This document shows, one piece after another, positions 58,872 through 64,000 of a stretch of 64,000 nt of DNA; positions within the stretch are counted from its first letter, which is position 1; each line of letters begins with the position of its first letter. Under the pieces are notes generated by a model, which was not told where the DNA came from, searched no databases, and saw only the letters and a list, made by a program, of their open reading frames with translations. The position numbers were made by a program, and so were the translations under genes. Source of the DNA: Dehalococcoidia bacterium (GTDB taxonomy: Bacteria; Chloroflexota; Dehalococcoidia; Plut-88900). Where the stretch lies: NCBI GenBank assembly GCA_965207225.1, contig CBDBLV010000004.1:96001-160000 (forward strand), in the 5' to 3' direction.

Positions 58872-59222
58872 ATGAAGGTCAGGCGAATCGTCTCGAATAT
58901 CTCGGCCAACACCATAGAGAAGGGACGAAGTTTCTATTGTGACGTGTTGGGGCTGGAACCAGTCATGGACCTTGGATGGATTGTGACACTGGCCTCGGAC
59001 GAAAGTGCTCCGGTCCAGATCAGCATCGCAGCCGAAGGGGGTTCGGGTACACCGGTCCCCGACCTTTCAATCGAGGTCGATGATGTTGATGAGGCGTTTC
59101 GTAGAACGCGTGCCGGAGGATTCGAAATAACCTACCCGTTGACTGACGAGCAATGGGGAGTCAGGCGGTTCTACGCCCGAGATCCCTACGGAAAACTGGT
59201 CAACGTGATGTCCCACATTTAG
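58872..59222 (+). CDS. VOC/glyoxalase family protein
   Basis: FYCDVLGL, SIEVDDVD and WGVRRFYARDPYG. Confidence 0.92.
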   Translation: MKVRRIVSNISANTIEKGRSFYCDVLGLEPVMDLGWIVTLASDESAPVQISIAAEGGSGTPVPDLSIEVDDVDEAFRRTRAGGFEITYPLTDEQWGVRRFYARDPYGKLVNVMSHI

Positions 59223-59260
59223 GTGCAGTTGCCTAAATCTATCGAAAGAAGGAAATCAAG

Positions 59261-60301
59261 GTGAGCAAGCGATTGGTGTTCGTCGGGGCGGGGGCGGTGG
59301 GGAGCTATATTGGCGGTCTGATTTCTGAGGCTGGAGAGGATGTTACGTTAATTGACCCTTGGCCCGACCATGTGAATGCGATAAAGAGGGATGGCTTGCG
59401 CGTCTCGGGTACGCAGGGGAGGCACCACGCCCGGCCCACCGCACTCCACATCAACGAAGTCCAGGGCCTGATCAAGTCGCCAGTGGACATCGCCTTCATA
59501 TGCACCAAGTCCTACGACACAGCATGGGCTTCCTATCTTATTCGAGACTACATTGCGGATAACGGATTTGCGGTCTCAATCCAGAACGGGATCAACGAGG
59601 ACACGATTGCAGCGGCGCTGGGTAGGGAGCGGGTGCTGGGGTGCATTGCCAGCAACATAGGAGTGGGGCTGGTGGAGCCGGGGCACGTGACCCGGACGGC
59701 GGCCGCCGGAGGCAAGGCCCACACGGTCTTCAGGGTTGGGGGGATGGATGGAAAGATGACCGCGAGGTTGCAGGAAGTAGCGGAGTTACTGGAGGTAGTA
59801 GACAGCACGAAGGTAACAACGAATTTGAACGGAGAACGGTGGAGCAAGCTGGTGGCCAACTCCATGGGGAACGGGTTGCAGGCAATCACGGGGTTGAGCA
59901 GCAAAGACATGGCCATGACCGCAGACGTCAGGAGGCTGACCATCCGATTGGCGGCAGAGGCAGTGGAGGTCGGGCAGGCGATTGGGCTTTCGCTGGTGCC
60001 GATAGGGGGCAAGGACCCGGAGGTGTGGCTGGCGGCGGGACGGGGCGAGGGGCTGGAAGAGCTGGAGCTTTCGATAATGCAAGCGGCGGAGCGGTACCAG
60101 GAGTCGGGGCGGTCATCTACGGCGCAGGACATGGAGAAGGGTAGACGGCTGGAGATCGAATATCTGAACGGGCTGGTGGTGTCCAAGGGTCGGGAGGCGG
60201 GGGTGGACGTGTCAGTTAACGAGGCCCTTGTTGCAAAGGTGAAAGCTGTGGAACGCGGAGAGCTTGCGGTCGGGGTCGGGGCGGCGGAGGGGCTGGGGTA
60301 G
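59261..60301 (+). CDS. Ketopantoate reductase (PanE/ApbA) family protein
   Basis: GAGAVG, KSYD, QNG, WSKL..N and SSTAQD..KGR..EI..LNG. Confidence 0.88.
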   Translation: MSKRLVFVGAGAVGSYIGGLISEAGEDVTLIDPWPDHVNAIKRDGLRVSGTQGRHHARPTALHINEVQGLIKSPVDIAFICTKSYDTAWASYLIRDYIADNGFAVSIQNGINEDTIAAALGRERVLGCIASNIGVGLVEPGHVTRTAAAGGKAHTVFRVGGMDGKMTARLQEVAELLEVVDSTKVTTNLNGERWSKLVANSMGNGLQAITGLSSKDMAMTADVRRLTIRLAAEAVEVGQAIGLSLVPIGGKDPEVWLAAGRGEGLEELELSIMQAAERYQESGRSSTAQDMEKGRRLEIEYLNGLVVSKGREAGVDVSVNEALVAKVKAVERGELAVGVGAAEGLG

Positions 60302-60327
60302 CAGGTAGGGCCACCTACCGGTTACCC

Positions 60328-61290
60328 CTACAAAGATTCAGGCTCCAGCTTTTCCCGCAGGTTGGCGAGCATGTCGTCGACCATGGTGGGGAGGTCGTAC
60401 TGGGGTTGCCAGTCCCATTCTAGGCGGGCCGGGGTGTCGTCTATGGAGTCGGGCCAGGAGTCGGCGATGGCCTGGCGAAGGGGGTCTACCTCATAGTTGA
60501 TCTGGAAGCCGGGGATTCGGGCCTCTATTTCCCGGGCGATCTCGTCGGGGGTGAAAGAGAAGGCACGGAGGTTGAAGTTGGCGGAGTGGATGAGGCGCGA
60601 GGAGTCTGCCTGGTCGAGGAGAATGAGGGAGCGGATGGCGTCGGGCATGTACATCATGGGGAGGGCGGTGTCGGGGCGGAGGTAGCAGGTGTACCGACCC
60701 TCCCTAATGGCGCCATAGAAGATGGCGACGGCGTAGTCGGTGGTGCCGGCGGTGGGCTCGGTCTTCCAGCTGATTATCCCCGGTAGCCGGGTCCCGCGCA
60801 CGTCGAGACCCAGATGTCGGTAGTAGGCGCCCACGGTCTCGCCGTAGACTTTGGAGACGCCGTAGAGGGAGGTCGGGTTCAGGGAGACGTCGTTGGGGGT
60901 ATTAATGGAAGGGGCGTCGGCGCCGAAGACGGCGATGGAACTGGGGAGATTAACCCTTTTCACTCCGCTGGCAAGGGCGGCTTCCAGAATGTTGAAGTTG
61001 CCGGTGAAATTGACGGCGTAAGCGAGGAGTCGGTTGGCCTCGGCAAGGGCGGAGAGCAGGGAGCTGAGATGGTAGATTACGGTGATGCCGTTCACATTGA
61101 TGACCCTCTCCACGTCTTCGTAGCTGCGGACGTCCAGAGTGATGCAAGGCCCCGAGGCCCGGATGTCCTCGGGCAAGGGTGTCACGTGGCCCGCCGCTAG
61201 GACGTTGTCATCGCCGTGGATTCTTCGGAGCTCGGGCACAAGGTCAGAGCCTATCTGGCCTGCGGCGCCGGTTACGAGGATTTTGTCCAC
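60328..61290 (-). CDS. NAD-dependent epimerase/dehydratase, SDR-type L-threonine 3-dehydrogenase
   Basis: GAAGQIG, LLSA, YGVSK, GTTDYAV, PMMYMPD and RQAIADSWP. Confidence 0.85.
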   Translation of the reverse strand: MDKILVTGAAGQIGSDLVPELRRIHGDDNVLAAGHVTPLPEDIRASGPCITLDVRSYEDVERVINVNGITVIYHLSSLLSALAEANRLLAYAVNFTGNFNILEAALASGVKRVNLPSSIAVFGADAPSINTPNDVSLNPTSLYGVSKVYGETVGAYYRHLGLDVRGTRLPGIISWKTEPTAGTTDYAVAIFYGAIREGRYTCYLRPDTALPMMYMPDAIRSLILLDQADSSRLIHSANFNLRAFSFTPDEIAREIEARIPGFQINYEVDPLRQAIADSWPDSIDDTPARLEWDWQPQYDLPTMVDDMLANLREKLEPESL

Positions 61291-61299
61291 CGGCAGCTC

Positions 61300-62139
61300 C
61301 TACAGGGCTTGCCAATAACGCTTGCCCGCCATCCTGACGATGCGACCGGTATGGCGGTCGGGGTGGAAGTGTCCGGCGGCAATGGTATAGCCATCGTTCT
61401 CGGCCTTGGAAAGTACGGTCTCCCGGCTCCTGCGACTGTCGTCCTTGTTGATGTCTACCCGGGCGCACCAGTCGGGCTCATAAACTTGGGCCATGGTGTG
61501 AAGAACGTCTCCGACCACCATGGCTTTCTCGCCCTGGGAGCTGACGAGGATGACCTGGTGCCCCGGGGTGTGGCCGGGGGTGGGGAGGGTGGATATCTCG
61601 TCCGTGAGTGTTGCTTCGCCGTCGATTAGCTTCATATTGCCGAGTTTTTCCAGGGGAATTACATAGTCCCGGACATAGGGCGCCGACTCCAGATTCTTGG
61701 GGTCCGTGAAGTGGTCCCAGTCTTTCTGGGGGACAAGGTACTCGGCGTTGGGGAAGTTGGGGACCGCCTTGCCGTCTTCGAAGCGGAGGTTCCAGCCCAC
61801 GTGGTCGGGGTGGAGGTGGGTGTGGACTACGATGTTTACGTCCTCGGGCTCGAGGCCCTGCCCTTTGAGCTGGTTGATGAGGTCGCCGGTGCGATTCTCG
61901 CGGTCGGGGTGAGGCCCGGGACCCATGCCCGTGTCCACTAGGACGCACCTGTCCGCCGTCCTCACGAAAAAGCAGCCGAAATACAGCTGAAGCCGCCCCT
62001 CTTCGAGGATGTCGTCGGCGTAGGGGGCCCAGGCTTCGAGGGTGGTTTCCGGGAAGAAGGTGGTCGGGTCCCGTGAGGGGGGAATCATGTCCAGGACTCC
62101 TACGAGTTCGGCGTTGCCTACGGACATTCGGCTGGGCAT
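61300..62139 (-). CDS. MBL-fold metallo-hydrolase
   Basis: VDTG, THLHPDHVG, PGHTPGH, GDVLH and GHF. Confidence 0.92.
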   Translation of the reverse strand: MPSRMSVGNAELVGVLDMIPPSRDPTTFFPETTLEAWAPYADDILEEGRLQLYFGCFFVRTADRCVLVDTGMGPGPHPDRENRTGDLINQLKGQGLEPEDVNIVVHTHLHPDHVGWNLRFEDGKAVPNFPNAEYLVPQKDWDHFTDPKNLESAPYVRDYVIPLEKLGNMKLIDGEATLTDEISTLPTPGHTPGHQVILVSSQGEKAMVVGDVLHTMAQVYEPDWCARVDINKDDSRRSRETVLSKAENDGYTIAAGHFHPDRHTGRIVRMAGKRYWQAL

Positions 62140-62423
62140 TCGGGCCTCCTAGGGGTGTGGGTGGGGAGTATTGTAGCGGGTTTGGAGAGGAGGTGGGGCC
62201 GGAAAAGGGCTTGCAAGGGATTGATCGATAAGCAAAGGGCGCTGTTCAGGCAGTCCCAGGTCGGGGCTCGATTGTCTCCCGGATAGATAGCTGTCCTGCT
62301 ATTGCTTCCGAGCTTATAATAATGATGTCCAACGATATCGAGAGTTACCCGTACCCCTCGGCCCGACACACTGAGAGTAAGCGGTTCCTCCAGCAATCGA
62401 CGGATAGAAAAAAGGAGAACCGC

Positions 62424-62702
62424 ATGAAGATCTATGTAGGAAATCTAAATTACGACACACACGAAGAGGGCCTTCGCGAGGCATTTTCGCCATACGGCAC
62501 GATAGAGGATGCCGTTGTAATCACCGACCGGGACACGGGCCGCTCCCGCGGCTTCGGATTCGTCGAAATAGCCGATGACAACGCTGCCAGGTCGGCAATC
62601 GAAGCGCTCAATGGGACGGCAATCGACGGCCGGACCGTGACGGTAAACGAAGCGAGGCCCCGGGCCAACAGGCCCCCCTCGGGCAACCGTCGCTCCTGGT
62701 AA
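62424..62702 (+). CDS. RRM RNA-binding protein
   Basis: RNP2 IYVGNL, RNP1 RGFGFV and VNEARPR. RBS AAGGAG. Confidence 0.95.
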   Translation: MKIYVGNLNYDTHEEGLREAFSPYGTIEDAVVITDRDTGRSRGFGFVEIADDNAARSAIEALNGTAIDGRTVTVNEARPRANRPPSGNRRSW

Positions 62703-62725
62703 TCCGCGAAGTAAATACAATTGAG

Positions 62726-62762
62726 AGGGGCCTCTCGTGTCGGGAGGGGCCCCTTTTTCTTT
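62726..62762 (+). terminator. Rho-independent terminator
   Basis: AGGGGCCTCTC...GGGAGGGGCCCCT hairpin followed by TTTTCTTT. Confidence 0.8.
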
Positions 62763-62935
62763 AGTGGCTTTCTCCTGCGCATTGTCATTTTGGGGCCAAC
62801 CGGGACGTCGCCTCCCCGTGTCTACCTAGTCCACAAATCTCAATGGGCCCGATTGTATATAATCCCTCCAGCCCGACTGCCACTAAGCCGGGACAGCGGC
62901 GAACCAAATAGCCTGGATTGAGAGGGAGGAGTGCG

Positions 62936-64000
62936 ATGGAATACAAGGTTATCTCGGGGGATTCCCACGTTGACTTGACCTGGCTGCCCGGCGACCTCTT
63001 CGCCTCCAATGCACCCGACTCCATGAAGGCGAAGATGCCGCGGGTGGTCGAGGACGAGAAGGGAGCGTCCTGGCGGGCGAACGGGATCGAACTGGGAGGC
63101 GTGGGAGGGCTGGGTTTCACGGGCGAGAAGGTGGAGAAGGGGTGGTCCAAGCGGCTGGACCGGATGATCTCCACCGGATTCTACGAAGATGGTTCCAAGG
63201 GCCTGTTTCACCCCACCACTCCCGAGCTCCGAGAGAGGGACCAGGACATGGACGGGGTGCAGGCAGAGGTAATCTACGGCATCCTGGGGGTCGGGCTTAA
63301 CCTGAAGGACCAGGAAGCGATGACCGAGGTCTATCGCATCTACAACGACTGGGCAGCCGACTTCTGCAAGTCCAACCCCGACCGCTTCAGGGCACTGGCC
63401 TGCATACCCAACCACGACCCTGCCGAGGCGGCGGAAGAGCTGAAAAGGGCCTCGGGGATGGGGCTGAGGGGGGCGGACTTCGCCGTTGCCTCGGCGAGCA
63501 AGCCGATGTACTATGACAGTTGGGATGTGCTCTGGGAGGCGGCAGAGGAAACCCGGGCGCCGATTTCTTTCCATACGGTCGGGCTCCCAAACCGACAACC
63601 GGACCCAGAGGAAGCTGAGGCGTACGAAAGACGCTACAGGGCGGTGCGGATAACGATGTTCCAGCTATCCGGCGTGGAGTACCTGGCCAGCGTAATTTTC
63701 TCGGGCGCGTGTGACCGGCACCCGGGGCTCAGGTTCGTGTTGGGGGAAAGCGGAGTGTCGTGGCTGCCTTACGTGCTGGACAGGATGGACCACGAATACG
63801 AAGACCGGTTCTACCACCTGAACCTGTCCATGACTCCCAGGGAGTTCTGGCTGAGGCAGGGGTACTCCACCTACCAGAAGGAGACCGTCGATCCTGCCAT
63901 GGTGCCGCTGATGGGCGAGGACAATATCATCTGGGGCTCCGACTACCCGCATCCGGACGGCGTCTGGCCCGATTCCCTGGCGATAATAGAAGAGAACCTG
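62936..64000 (+). CDS. Amidohydrolase family protein (partial, runs off the window)
   Basis: Translated by hand: MEYKVISGDSHV, DQDMDGV.AEVIY, YNDW..DFC, FH, GESGVSW and WGSDYPHPD. RBS GGAGG. Confidence 0.9.
   Translation, partial: MEYKVISGDSHVDLTWLPGDLFASNAPDSMKAKMPRVVEDEKGASWRANGIELGGVGGLGFTGEKVEKGWSKRLDRMISTGFYEDGSKGLFHPTTPELRERDQDMDGVQAEVIYGILGVGLNLKDQEAMTEVYRIYNDWAADFCKSNPDRFRALACIPNHDPAEAAEELKRASGMGLRGADFAVASASKPMYYDSWDVLWEAAEETRAPISFHTVGLPNRQPDPEEAEAYERRYRAVRITMFQLSGVEYLASVIFSGACDRHPGLRFVLGESGVSWLPYVLDRMDHEYEDRFYHLNLSMTPREFWLRQGYSTYQKETVDPAMVPLMGEDNIIWGSDYPHPDGVWPDSLAIIEENL

Noticed and set aside
1-64000. Genome-wide TGA reassignment (genetic code 4 or 25)
   Set aside because: Many genes end in TGA at the expected C-terminus (plsY, purB, purC, pgk, tpiA), and only one internal TGA was found.

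Overview
GC-rich bacterial chromosome segment with a strongly G-rich + strand. Gene order (hflX-dapL-dapF-miaA-tpiA-apgM-pgk-tsaC; guaA-purDEBC; hisBCD-hisG; birA) and many paralogous LLM, SDR, M24, CoA-transferase III and class IV aminotransferase genes suggest Chloroflexota, probably Dehalococcoidia/SAR202-like (inference). About 50 CDSs were called; no rRNA, tRNA, CRISPR array or transposase was seen. The top finding is a luciferase-like (LLM) oxidoreductase gene at 53758-54750. It has an in-frame TGA (54076-54078) at the position of the reactive Cys106 of bacterial luciferase, followed by a SECIS-like hairpin, so it is probably a selenocysteine-containing LLM enzyme heading a catabolic operon. 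Other notable items: an LprG/P55-like lipoprotein-MFS pair divergent from plsY, a Zn-PLC-fold gene inside the his operon, a canonical qNor with a small membrane-protein partner, a probable ATA start for hflX, a repeat-rich and dif-like intergenic site, and several REP-like palindrome families that all share one orientation.
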